Source: the human T2T-CHM13v2.0 reference genome, Homo sapiens
NCBI RefSeq assembly: GCF_009914755.1
Contig: NC_060926.1
Direction: 5' to 3' (one strand)
Length of the DNA stretch: 64,000 nt
In this document: one piece after another, positions 28,186 through 41,673 of the stretch
Layout: the number at the start of each line of letters is the position of its first letter
Position numbering within the stretch: position 1 is the first letter of the stretch
Made by a program: the position numbers and the translations under genes
Notes under the pieces: generated by a model
What the model saw: the letters and a program-made list of their open reading frames with translations, nothing else
What the model was told of the DNA's origin: nothing
Database searches by the model: none

Positions 28186-30602
28186 AGAAATTAAATTATG
28201 TTGGCCATATAGGGAGATGGTACATTAAGCCTTGGGATTTTGATTTGAGGCAAATGCTGACACCAGGCTTAGAGACGGTTTTAAACTACGTGGACAATGC
28301 TGGCAAGTACTGGACAAGGAGTGCTACTAATCTCGGGGTCAGAGTGGATCACAAGTTGGACACATTAAGGATGTGTGTCTTCACTTTATAAAGCTAAAGG
28401 ATGATTAGCTCTTTTAATCTAGAATATGATGTATATGAACTGGAGAACAGATACTTTGCCAGTATCTGCTGAGCCGTATTCCTGGCACCCTCTCTGCATG
28501 GGTTGCAGGAGCTGAAGCTGGCATTTGCTGAGCAGAAGGACATGGCCGTGTATTCATGGAGTGCAGCGGGTGTCTGGATTCTTTTTATAACTTGTGCTTG
28601 GTGTTTGTAAGAAAGCTTTTTCTGTTTGAATGGAGCCTCATAATGCCTGAGATAGTGTGTGAGATGAGCCTCATTAGCCAGGGGTATATTAGGAAGAAAA
28701 GAGCGTGCTATTTGCTTACTTTCCCCTCCCTTGTTGCCTCCTTTTCCACCTCTGCTGCCTCCTGGGGTTACCACAGCCACCTGATAAGCTCTTGGAGTTC
28801 CAGTAGCCCTATGTCAGCACCACACAGTGGGGCCTTAACTAGGGGCCACCTGGTCCTGCCAGGTGTGTGCCTCCTGTGTCAGCTCCTCCGCCAGGCCTAG
28901 CACAGGGCCTGGTGCTACAAAAACCTCAGTGAAGGGCTGTGGGGAGCGGGGAGGAGCGGGGGTCCCACCTGCCATTTTGCAGATGAGGACCTTGGGACAC
29001 AGAAACTGAGCCCCACAGCTGTCAGGTGCTGAGCCAGGAGTGGAGCCTGTCTGGGGCTTGTCTTCCAGTGCTCTTCTCACCATGTGGCTTTGGCTTCAGG
29101 CCCCAGCAGCCCTCCTGAGTCCTGCTGCCACGTGGCCTAGGAGACAGATCTTAGCATCTATAGCCTTGGGTCCACCTGGCCGGCTGAGGCTGAGCTGTAG
29201 ACAGCTGTGGGGTTTCCCCGACTATGGCCTCCCATAAGCCCTGGGTTCTCGGGCCTATTGGTGCCAAAGACAGAAACCCAGCTCCCCAGACACCCTCATC
29301 CTTCCAGTGGCCAGCCCAGCAATCAGGAAGCAGCCCACTGCCCCGGCTGGCAGCTTGAGCTCGCCCACGAGGTGGCTGTAGGGCTGCTCTGGTCAGCTGA
29401 GTCGGGCATGGTGGGCAGACAGCCTCTCCCGCCGTCTCCCTCCAGGCCATCATGCAGCTTTCTCGGCTTCTCTGTGCCTTGCCTCTCTGCTCTTTCAGTT
29501 TGCACATAGCTCACCCTGGCTAATAGCCTCTGTCTCATGATCTCACTTCCTAACTCCTGGGAGAGAGAATCCACTGCCCCTCTTCCTGTGTCCAGTGGTC
29601 AGGCCCAAGATACCCAGAGCTGCCCATCTCCTGCTAGCGGGATGGGCCTGAGCAGGGATGGGGGCCGGGCAGGGGCAGCACTGGCTTTGGGGCTAGAAGC
29701 CAACTTGGGTTTGAATCTCATTCCCTGGTCTCCTGACTCTGTGAGCCTCTGACCAGGAGAAATGCCCATGGCTTGGGGCTTTGATGTCTGGGTGGCACTG
29801 AAGGGTTTGCACATGGCATTCAGTCTCTTGCTGTGGGTGGGTCAGTGCCAGTCTTAGTGACAGAGGAAGCATCCCTGCCCTCTCTGGAAACTGGCGTTTT
29901 CAATGACATGAACTTGGGCACACTACCACACCAGGCATGCCATTTCCTGGGTTGGATGGGAGGAAGGGGGCCTTTCTTGGAGGCATGTGTGCCATGAGTG
30001 GGCATGACAAAGGCCCCTGGCTATCCCTTGCCCCCTAAACCGGCCTGACTCCTATGGGGGCCCAGAGTGTCCCCAGGCCCACCTTGTGCGTGCCCCTCTC
30101 TTTGTGTCCCATGTCATGTGGTGATGTGTGCACATGTGACCCATACGGGTTGGTCCATTTCCAACTGGAACAGTCCCTCCTGCTTCCAGGACAAAAACAG
30201 CCCCAGGCCTTTTTCCCCTGAAAGTTTGAGCTCCTTGTCTCAGAGAGGGAGCGAGCTCATGGACGGGGCCAGAGTGGCTGCCTGCCTGCTCCATGGGGCT
30301 GAGGACATCCAGCAAGGCACATGTTCCTGAGGCCCAGCCAGAGACCCCTGCCTGCCCCGGCCCTGGCTTTCCTCTATGTGCCGAGCAGGACAGGCACAGA
30401 CACAGGCCCCTACAGAGGCCATGGGAGGAAAGGAGCTGGCCCAAACTGGCCCGGTCTTGGGTTCATGCTCTCAGCAGAACAAAATTTGGGGAGCTGGGAT
30501 CTCTGGGGCAAGGGAAGCTTCTCCCTGTGAGAGTAAGGCCCTGTGACCTTGAGCACAAGGCTTCTGTTTCGGGAACAGGTCCAGGGAGTCATTCACTGGT
30601 AG

Positions 30603-30818
<216 letters not shown>

Positions 30819-31614
30819 TAACTGCCTCAGAGGCATCTTGTCCTACCGGCACCCCTCCCCTCAGGCCATGCCTCCATAGACACCATGCACTCCTCTGGGA
30901 GAGATGCCCATGTGTGCACACATACACACGTGCATACACACACGCGCCCCTCAGACCCATTTCCACTGTTTCCCCCAGACTGTCGCCACCCTCAAGCATG
31001 CCTTCCTCTCCCCTCTTCATGGGCCTCAAGGCCCAGCCACAGCTCCAGCAAAGCCCATGCTGATCTTCTCTGTGGAACTCCTGCTTCCTGTCTGTAATGC
31101 GCCATCAGCCCTCCACCTCACAATGCTTCCATTCTGGTTCTCATAGGCCTGCCTTTAACCTCAGCACTGCTATGATCTTCTGGAGCCTTTTAAATCCCCC
31201 TCAATACGTGGCATAGGGCTGGGTACGCAGCAGGTGCTTAGTAACTACTTGTGCTCGGCTAATGGATTCTGCTCCTTCCTGCCCCACACCTGGCCTTCTC
31301 TTGCCAACCCTGCCAGCTCAGCCATGTGTCTTACTCCGTCTATCAGGCAGCCACCTACTTTGATCTTGTAGCTTGAGGGATGGGGAGTGACGGGCCGCCA
31401 CCCAGACCAAACCTGGAATAGTAATCAGCCCATGCCCACCTCCCCCAAACGCCAGTTGCTGGGAGCGGCAGTCACGGTGACATCGGGTATAAATGAGCCC
31501 TGTATAAGGAACACCTGGGTCTGCACATGCTGGTCAAGTGAGGGAGTCATCAGCCCCTTTGTCAAAGTCTACTTTGAGCAAGACACCCTCCTTGTCCTTT
31601 TAACTCTACAAATA

Positions 31615-31777
31615 GCGGTTGCTTTCTAAGCTTTCGAATCCGGGGAGCTCTGACAACTGTCAATGCTTGGTCCTCGCCAGTGGGATTCTGATCAGGTTTG
31701 GGAGGGGCCTGGATGCAATCATGTTAAACCTTCCTGGGTAGTTAGTTAAGTGTGCAGCCAAGGCTAAGAACACCTGC
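31615..31777. mobile_element. MER5-family fragment
   Basis: gattctgatcaggtttgggaggggcctgg..tgtgcagccaaggctaagaacacctg. Confidence 0.55.
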
Positions 31778-32196
31778 CCTGCTGCATTTTAAATGGGATG
31801 CAGTTTACCAGAAAGGTGCCTGGTTTGGGTTCAAACTTCCTAGTGGGTCAGGAAGCCTAGGAAGGTATGTGGCCAGGCAGAGGTGGTGGCCCCTCTCTCA
31901 AGGCTTGGGCCTCCTGGGTGGGGTGCCCATGTCGTGGAATGCTTGTAGGCATTGGCCTTTGAAAGGGTTAAGGTAGTTCAGGCGGTGGAGAAGGCAATGC
32001 AGTAGAAGCAACTGGCATGCCAAGGAATGTGCTAGAAGCCAGGGCATTGGCCCAGGCTGCTGGAGTTTGAAGTTTGCCAGATGGGACCCTGGTGGGGCCT
32101 TTATCTGCAGAGCTGTGTGCTTTGAGGATGGTGCAGGGCTGGGCCGGCACCCTTCAGTGACCCCTGATGGCTCAGTTTCTGTCCTGTCCCCTGCAG

Positions 32197-32254
32197 CCAC
32201 CCTGAAGTCCAAGCAAGATGAATTGCACCGGAAGGCACTGCAGACGCTGGAGAG
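32197..32254 (+). CDS. TTC7A: TTC7A exon 13 (58 nt; TLKSKQDELHRKALQTLE-R)
   Basis: gtcctgtcccctgcag|CC ACC ... GAG AG|gtgagg. Confidence 0.97.
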
Positions 32255-32851
32255 GTGAGGAGGCTCCCACCTGCAGCAGAGGCCCCTCTTGCCTTTGGTG
32301 GCAGATTCACAAGCTTTACGTCATCAGACCCTCTGATGTGGGCAGAACAAACATTTCTATCTCCATTTTACAGATGAGGGAACTGCACACAGCAAGCAGG
32401 GATAGGCGTTGGGGATTGGGCAGGCAGCCGAGCCCTGCCTTCAGCTCTGGGGGGCTCCAGCAGCCACAGGTCTCGGTTCCTGCTCTCCCAGGGCTCAGGG
32501 GTCTAAAATGGGTATAGTAACCCATTGCTGTTGTAGTAATTACAGAAGATAAAGCAGAAAAAGCACCTTGCACAGTATCCTATGTGTAACAGGGGCTCAA
32601 AAATGGCATTCACCTCCTTCTAGCTCCTCCCCAGCCACCCCTCCCACTAAACCCACCCACCCCTTCCACCATCCCCAGCCCCTACAGGGATTTCCTGGCA
32701 TATGCTCAGAGCAGTGAGGCTAGCTTCTCTGCCCTGGTGCCTGACTTGTCACTCCCTCTCTGCCCATGGGTTGTATATTCATCCCATCGTCTTTCTTCTT
32801 TGGGGTCTGTCACCCCAGGGCTGCCCTCCCAGATGGCCCCTACCTCAGTGA

Positions 32852-33166
<315 letters not shown>

Positions 33167-35529
33167 TAACCCCCGGGTCCTCGGGGGCTGCTGATCTTCT
33201 CCTGGAAACCCAGCTTACCAGCTGTGTGACCCTCTGCAAGTGACTTTGCCTCCCTGAGTTTGTTTCCTTATCTGTCATGTAAGTCCTTTGAGCCCTCATC
33301 AGAGGGGCCAGTAAGGATGAGGTCAGGTAATGTGGGTAAAGCCGTGGTGGGTACACAGGAAGGGCGTGTTCTCCGCCCTCACTCCCCCTACAACATTTCA
33401 GTGGACTGAGATGTTGATGAGTGACCACCTGTCACTCATTTATTTGTGTCCTCGCCTTCCACTGGCTTTTCCCCAAGGGTCTTGGGGATGGAGTGATGGG
33501 CAGGCTCATGGAGCTGTTGCATGTTGGGCTTTCTCTGTGACCCCCAAGCTACTCCTTCACTGTGTGGACACCACCATCAGGCCTTGGCTTCTGGGGCCCC
33601 ATAGGGACCTCCTGTCTGCTGACTACCTTAGCCCCAGGACCACCTCCACCATGACTCTGCAGGCAGACCCGCCTTTTCCCCAGGGGTGCTGAGAGAATGC
33701 TGGTGTGTCCAGGACTCCCCACCTCAGGTCCTTCAGAGCCTCCTTTACTTTCCTGTGGCGCCTCAGCCTGCAGGCTGGCGCTCTGGGCATGCACACATCC
33801 TCCAAAACAGGACCTCTCAGGTGGCTTGACCCTGATGCCTGCCGATGCCCCCACCTGACTGCCTGGGGATTGCAGACAAGCCTTTGGCTCTCACAGTGGA
33901 GCTCTCCTTGCCGGAACCACCCAGGAAATGGGCTGAGCTCCAGGCCGGCGGAGGGAAGCCCGAAGAAGCCCATGTATTTGCTGTCAGGTGGAGGGCAGCC
34001 CTGCCTGCTGGGGATGGTGCTGTGTCCCCCATACCAGCCTGGGGAAGCCCTACCTTCTGAGGAGCGGGCCACAGCAGTCCCATTTTTTACCGGAGGACAC
34101 CACTGAGGCCGAGCCAGCATAGAACCCAGGCCTCTCTGATCCACAGCCCACGGGGTCTAGGTACCCCGCTCCCCTGACCCTTTTGGAGTTGGGGCCCTGA
34201 GAGCATGCTCACCAGCCGGGGCTTGGTCTTATGGTCACTTCGGCGGGCTGCATTTCTCCTGCCTCTGGGGCAAGCCAGGCTCTGCCCTGCGTCAGCCTGG
34301 CTCCTCCTCTCGTCACAGTTACTCTCAGTGCTGGGACCCCTTCCCTCTCACCCCATGCCTAGACCCTTGTCCCGGTGCCTGTGTCTGTCCTGACCTGACC
34401 TGAATTGTCACTCTGTTTCTGAGGCATTCTGTCTCCCTCTCCAGGTTCTTCTGTCTCAACCATTTTCTCCCCAACGGCCCTGATGTCATCCTGGCTGTTG
34501 TTTCCACTGTCGTCGGTGGCTTCGCTCCCTTCCTCTTGCACTGCCCCTCCCCCTGTGACTCCCTCCATCCTCCTCCACCTCTAGGCTGCGCCCCCACCCT
34601 GTCCCCACTCCTCACTCCTGACCCCAGGTCCTGGACAGGCACGGGGCACCTCTGTGCCCCTCCAGGAGCATCCCTCCCCTCCCAGGAATACCAACTTTAT
34701 TTTTAGTTCCCTGTAAAAGAACCAGTGCTTTTCTTGCTAATCTAGTGAACGATAAACCTTTGGTGATGCATTTTTTAACCTGTTCAGTTATTCATCCCTC
34801 TCTGATGAATAGCATCCATCCTCCTAGAGAGATGGCGGGCCAGGCCAGCGGAGCCAGTGGAGCCTAGGGCCCAGTTTCCTTGGAGACCTCATTTTGGCAG
34901 CCTCAGGGAGTTGAGAACTCGAGAACTCCCTGAATGGACTGTAAGCTAGAGTCCTAGCCTGCCTGGGTCTCTGAGGCCCCCAGCCAGCCCATCCTGCCAA
35001 GAGTACATCTGGCTGGCCGGCACAGTGATGGCTGTGGATTTGGATACGTAGCCCAGGATAATCAGGTCTGCTCTAGCAGAGTCACCAGCACAGGAGCAGC
35101 CTTAGGGCCACCGACAAGCCGAGCCAGTGGCCCCACTGATCTTAGTGTCCTCCTCGTATGCTCCTTGACCTATCCACAAAGTAAGGTGCCCGGGGAGAAC
35201 TCCGGGCCTGGCACTGGTGCCCACAGCCTGCACAGAGGCCAGGCTGGAGACCAACACAGAAGCCAGGCAGACTGGGGACCCAAGGCCCCGCGAGAAGGGT
35301 GGAAGGCTGGGTCTGAGGTTTGGCAAGGAGCAGGACTCTTAAAAAGAGACTCATGGGGTTCCTGCAGGGATGGAACGCTGACATGGAGTCAGTCACAGGA
35401 GCTAACGCAGCTCCCAGGCCTGAGAGCACGTGCCTTCAGGCTGGAAGGAAGGTTCTGTCCTATTCCTTAGTTTTCTGGCTTTGGGGCTTGAAGAGGGAAA
35501 CGCACACTTTAAAAGTGTTTGTTCCACCA

Positions 35530-35710
35530 GTACTTTGCAAGGCATTTTTCATAGTGTCTCATCTTCATGGACACTGAAATAGGTTTAACCATTATCCTCG
35601 TTTTGTAGCAGAGAAACTGCAGCTCAGAGAGGTGAGTCCTCTTGCCCTAAGGTGCCAGCTGGGAAGTGGCAGAGCCAGGAGCCACACCCCAACCTCACCC
35701 CAGAGCCTCT
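35530..35710 (-). mobile_element. MIR
   Basis: attatcctcgttttgtagcagagaaactgcagctcagagaggtgag..cttgccctaagg. Confidence 0.7.
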
Positions 35711-37991
35711 GAGCAGGAGAGGGTGTTTATCTGTCAGCCACACATCAGATTCTTTCCACATCACCGCGTGAACATGTTCAGAGGGGAGGGCCTCGTCAGC
35801 CCTGGGTATGTAGCTGGCAGATTCTTTATCCCAGGGCCAGGCCTTCCTGGCCCTCCACCCTCCAGCCTGCCGTAAGTTTCTCTCCCAACCCTCTCTTTCC
35901 AGACCTGGTCACAGCCTTTCTACAGGGTGCAGAACCTCAAGCTAAGGGCACTGCTCAGTGAAGCAGCAGTGTGTGGGGGAGAGGATTCCCTGCATCCTGG
36001 GGAATCAGGCCAGGTTGGAGGTGCTAGGAATCAGGGATGAGGAGGAGAAGGCCAGCTGGGCCCTGCCGTGCGCCTGGACCCACAGCACAAGGAGGGCTGG
36101 CCTTGACCTGCGACAGCTTTGAGGCCAGGCCTGTCACTCACCAAACACAGGCTTAGCAGCCTGCATAGCTCACACAAGAGCACTTGGCCTGGAGTCAGGA
36201 CCCCCACCTGGGAGCGCCTGCTCTGCTGCTAACTTGCTCTGCTGTGTGAAAAGAATGGAAGGGATAGAAGATAGCATTTTTGCATGTACATTAGCTCTTT
36301 GAACCCTTCTGTGGAAAAGCATATGCCTAATTTGCAGATAAGGGAACTGAATTCAGAGAGAATGAGGGACAAAGGTGAGTGAGCGGCAGCACCAACTCTA
36401 GAACCCAGCTCTTGTGTATTCACAAATATAGGACCCCTCCACTTGCCAAAACGAGCAGGATCAATCAGCTCAGATGACAGGCAGCAGGTGGGGGCTGCCT
36501 CAGGCAGGGCATGGTGCAGGGGTGCCCAGCAGGGTGCAAGGGCCAGGGACTCTGGGGTGTTTTGTAGAGAACGAGGAGATGACGTAAGGGGGGCAGCGGG
36601 CCACCTCACAGGTCACATGGGACTGCGTAAGGGGCTGCTATAGTCACCAGGACTGGCAGCCTCTTTTGAAGAAGAGAGTTTATGTTGGTAACTGCCGGAA
36701 TTCTTTTTTCTCCTTAATGCTTGTGGAAACATTCCCCAGACCCTGTCAGGAGTGCGCAGGCCAGGGCCCATGGGGTGGGGAGCTTTTTCTCTGAGGGTAG
36801 TAACCTCCACAGCTGAATGTAGATGGGTCTGGGGAGGTAGAATCGGAGGCAAGGAGAGGGGCCTCGGGTGTCTTTTGCATCCAGGGGACTCTTGGGACCC
36901 ATCCTGGGGGTGTTGTGTTGTGCTGAGAATGGTCTCTTCAGGAAAGGGCTCCTTGAACCTTCCATATCCTCCCATAAGTCCAGCTATGGGCAGAGACCCA
37001 TCCTGGCAAGGTGGCAGGCAGCCAAGCAAGTGTGTGGTCTCAGCCCTGAAATAGTCCCCATAGGATGTGCTGGGGCACTGACTGACCCCATAACCCTGTT
37101 ACCACTTGCAGGTGGGGCCCTGGCCACAGCTGCAAATCACCCGTGCCCTCTGCAGCCAGATCCAGTAGAACATTGGAGTCCTGCCTGCAGGGTTGGCGGG
37201 AGCAGTAGAAGGTGCCCTTCCATGCTGCACCAGCCCCTCCTGGGCTCACTGACTGGGCTACTGGAGCAGCTGGGGCCTGCCCTCTTTCATGCAGTGCTCC
37301 GAGAAGGGAGGCAGCAAACTCAAGCCAGTGAAAATTGGGACCCATGGTGACCTCTGGTCTCCCCACCACATGGAAGGAAAGGCTTTCCTGAGGCCACATC
37401 CAAATCCAGACCCTTAGAATGTGGCTTTCCTGACCCTGCATAATCTGGCCTCATCCCATCTGTCCAGAACCAGGCTTAATAAATATTTGTTGAATTGAAA
37501 ACAAAACACAAGACTAGAATCTGGATTCTAGTCCCAGATTCCCACTGTGCCCACATTAGAGGCCAGTCTCCCCATCTTCTAGGCACTTGCCTCTGCACAC
37601 TTCCCTTCCTGTGGTCAAGCTGCACCCCCTACCTGGAGCACCCCATTTTCATCATCTCCTCCTGGAAGGCAGGGTCTCCTGATACATCAGCAGAACTCCA
37701 GGGTGACGTTTCCACACATGGCTGCCTCACCCTGTGGCTTCCACTCCTCCCATTTAGGAAGTGCTTCCTGGTGGCTGCCATGGTCCTTTGTGCCACACCA
37801 CAAACCTGCTTCTCTTCATTCCTGAGTGTGGCAGCAGACCCCTCCTCGCCAGGCCATCTGGGGCAGGTGTTTTCTCACAGCAGCCTCCCTGCCCCCAGTG
37901 CCTGGGGCTCCCTTGAGTTGAGTGTGAGTGCCCTTGTTGACTGGCACGTGGCTCCTGAGTCCCAGGGCAGCATGTGCCTGGGGAAGGCTAA

Positions 37992-38174
<183 letters not shown>

Positions 38175-39652
38175 TGAGTGCCCTGGGAACACTCTGGCAG
38201 TGGGGGAGCTGGCTGGCCTCTGCAGCAGGCGCCCATGCACACCTGCCCTGCCATGGTGTCAGCCAACACACATGAAGTAAGCACCCGCTGCATGCACAAT
38301 CCCTGGTGGAGAGACAGGGGTGAGGACAGGTGGGGTCAGCAGACAGCTGTGGTGCTCTGCACCAGGAGGTGCCTGGTGGGTAATGGGGTGCACATGCTGC
38401 TCCTCAGCCCCCATGAGGTGGGGTCTGCATGGGCCACAAAGGAGACTGCTTGAATGCATGTGTTTGGGCTGCTTCTGCCTGCCCTGGGCTCTGCATCAGC
38501 CTCAGGATGACAGTAACTTGTGTAAGTTAATCATAGCCCTGACACAGTCAGCCAAGGATGGGATTCTAACATGAGCTGGGCTGGCAGCTGGAGACGGGTT
38601 ATGGCCCTCCAAGGTGGTCCTGCTCCTTCATACCTCCCCACCTCCCTCATTTACTGCATCAGCCAGATGTCCCACTTCTTGGAGCAGGGTTTAAGTTGCA
38701 CTTGGCCTAAGTGGTGGTAGGACACAGAGGACCTGCTGCCACCCAGCCAGGACACTGGGAACAAGGCCGTGCTGGGCCACCTGAGGTGAGAGGATGTGTT
38801 GCTCTGTCAGGGGAGTTAGGGGGAGTCTTGATTTCTGCCTTCTGCCCCTAAGGGCAGGTGACACTGAGTGTAACAGGCTTTGTTTCTCAGAACCCTGTGA
38901 TCCCAGATGAGGGACCCCTAAGTAACCCACTTCCCCCTGTTCCACCTTAGGGTCTGAAGGAAGGCAATTTAGAACCAGCCCAAGGCTGTCCCCCTGCAGA
39001 CAGCAAGGAAGAAGCTAGAGTCCTGGCTGCCCTGATAGGTGACTCACGCTGTGTAAACAGGTTCACAAAGGATTAGGAAAAAATTGCTGGGTGATGAAGG
39101 GAAGCTTCAGTGGTGCCAGCCTAGGGAGGTTCCCATCACTGGGCTTTCACCTCTGTCCATCCCCAGCCCATCAGAGGCAGGGCTGACCACAGGGGTGGGT
39201 TCAGGTTTTCCTGCATCCTTGGCCTCCTTCAGACGACAGCACATAGTTCTGCTTGTGGCCTTTGCCAGCGTGCCGAGCACTGCTGTTGATGGCTTCCTTC
39301 TCCCCAAAGCTAAAGAAAGGTGCTTTGGGAGTGGCAGTGTTTCCTAAATATAAACCCCATAATGTGCCTCCCTGAAGAGGGGAGTCCCAGTGGCCAAGGC
39401 CAACAATGGGTGTTCATCCTGCTGGTCAGCCTGGTCTGCAGCCCCAAGACCCTTGAGCCTTGACCTGCTTGCCCTAGTCCACACTAACCCCTGCCCCGCC
39501 TGTTCCCCCTCCATCCTGGCCTAGGCAGGTCCCCACTGCTCACAGCCAGGTGTAAGCAGAGTGTGTGGCCAACTTGACACAGCCTGTCTTTTATGTTCGT
39601 GGCCGGCCCTGATTCTGAGCCTTGCCTCAGCAGCATTCAAGAGACTACTAAA

Positions 39653-39949
39653 GGCCAGGCGCAGTGGCTCATGCCTATAATCCCAGCACTTTGGGAGGCC
39701 GAGGCGGGTGGATCACCTGAGGTCAGGAGGTTCAAGACCAGCCTTGCCAACATGGTGAAACCCTATCTCTAATAAAGATACAAAAATTAGCTCGGTGTGA
39801 TGGCAGGTGCCTGTAATCCCAGCTACTCATGAGGCTGAGGCAGGAGAATCACTTGAATCTGGGAGGCAGGGGTTGCAGTGAGCCGAGATTGCGCCACTGC
39901 ACTCTAGCCTGGGCGACAGAGCGAGACTCAGTCTCAAAAAAGAAAGAGA
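39653..39949 (+). mobile_element. AluS
   Basis: Full dimer; TSD agagactactaaa / agagactgctaaa. Confidence 0.95.
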
Positions 39950-41597
39950 GAGAGACTGCTAAAATTCCAGTCACTTCACCCGCAAAGGCGAGTAGCTTAG
40001 GAAATCCTAACACAGAGAAAACAGTGTGTGGACAAGGGATTAGTTGCCTTGTCTTGTTAATCCCAAGTACAGTACAGTAATACAAGGTAAGAACATTTTA
40101 TTTTTAATGAAAATGCACAAAAGATGTAGGTTCCCCACTCCTAGTGCCAGTAACCTTGCTTTGATCCCAGCTCCATCTGCGCACCTCTCTGGCAGGGTCT
40201 GACCCACTACCGCTGGCCTGCGTGCCTGTGTGTGTTTACACTTCAGTTAGGCTTCATCGGAAACCGAAATGGCCAAGCAGAAAGATTTAGAATCTTAGGC
40301 TGGAGAAAGGAAAGGGCTCTTTGTCCACCCTGGGTCTGTGGAGCATTGGAGAAGCAAGAGGCCTGCCTCAGCTCGGCATCAGAATTTCCTAATGAAATCT
40401 TCCTTGGAAACTGAGACTGTGATGCAGGCGGGAGCACCGCTGCTCTGATGGAGCCAAGGAAGGTGATTTGTACCTGCCCAGTTCCAGCTGAGGGGGCCCC
40501 TCCATCCCAGCACCTGACATCTCACCCCTCAGCATCTCTTGCTGACTTCTGAGCTGATTGCTTTCTGCCAGGCTAAAGCAGCTCCCCTGGCCTGCTGTGG
40601 GGAGGCTAACTCCCTTTTTTGGAAATCTGGCTGCAGCCCAGGCTGTGTGAGGTGTGGCAGAAAATGGGGTCTGCCCAGCGTGGGGGACCCACTCGTGGCT
40701 CCCCATCAGCTTCCTTGACTCTCACCCCAGGGGTGCCTCCTGCGTTCATCTTCCCAGGCTCTTGGACTGGGCTAGGAAGCTGTCCCTCTCCCTGCGGGCA
40801 GTGTGTGCCCCTGCTGCTGCCCTGCCTCAACACGTGCACTTTCCACCCTTCCCTTCCTCCCAAGCTTACTCAGGTGCTGACTCCTTCCCCAGGAAGTGCT
40901 CCACTCACTGACAGTGCCGTTGGTCAGGGGCTGCCTTGAGGTTGGTGACTGCCCCCAGGAGGCCCAAGGGTGGACATCTGGGTCTCCAAGAACCCCTGGA
41001 CCTGAACTATGACATTTTGTGCATGTGAGCCTGAGTCCATGGAAATGGCTTTCAGCAGATTCTCAAAGGGAGCCCGACCTCAAAAAGGTTGAGGAGCCCT
41101 GGTGCAGACTGTGCTGGTTGTCAATGTGCAGAGTAACTGTGCCCCTGTCTCGGGTGCTTCCCCAAGGCTTGCAAGGAGCTTCCTGGAGAGCAGTGTCTGC
41201 AGGCAGGAACCTCTGCCGTGGGAACAACTCACCCATGCAGACATCGCAGAGCGACTGCAAGGGCTTCAGGAGCTGTGGAGGGTGGGGCCTAGGGGAATCA
41301 GCTCTGAGGTCAGAGCAGACTTTCGTTCCATGCCCTGAGGGATTCTGGAGGTTATTCTGCAACCTGTCACTCACCGTAGAGTGTGCTGCGAAGCATTTGG
41401 GGATCTGCAGGCCCCACCCCCAGTAGTGCCTCACTTTCCTTAGTCTGCTTGTCCAGGGCTGTGGGTCTAGGGGGAAGCAGCAGTAGGTTCTTCATCTTGA
41501 GCCACCATGAGCTCCTCACCTCCAGGATCCCGAGGAGCTCTGTTTTGATCCAGCTGGCCCTAAAAGGCTGCAAAACTAATTGGGAAAAAAAATACAG

Positions 41598-41673
41598 GGA
41601 CTTTTGGCCTCCAGAATTGTAAGAGAATAAATCTCTGTTGTTTTAAGCAAAAAAAAAAAAAAAAAAAAAAAAA
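41598..41673 (+). mobile_element. Short MaLR (MLT1/MST-like) LTR fragment with AATAAA and A25 tail
   Basis: ggacttttggcctccagaattgtaagagAATAAAtctctgttgttttaagc(A)25. Confidence 0.7.
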
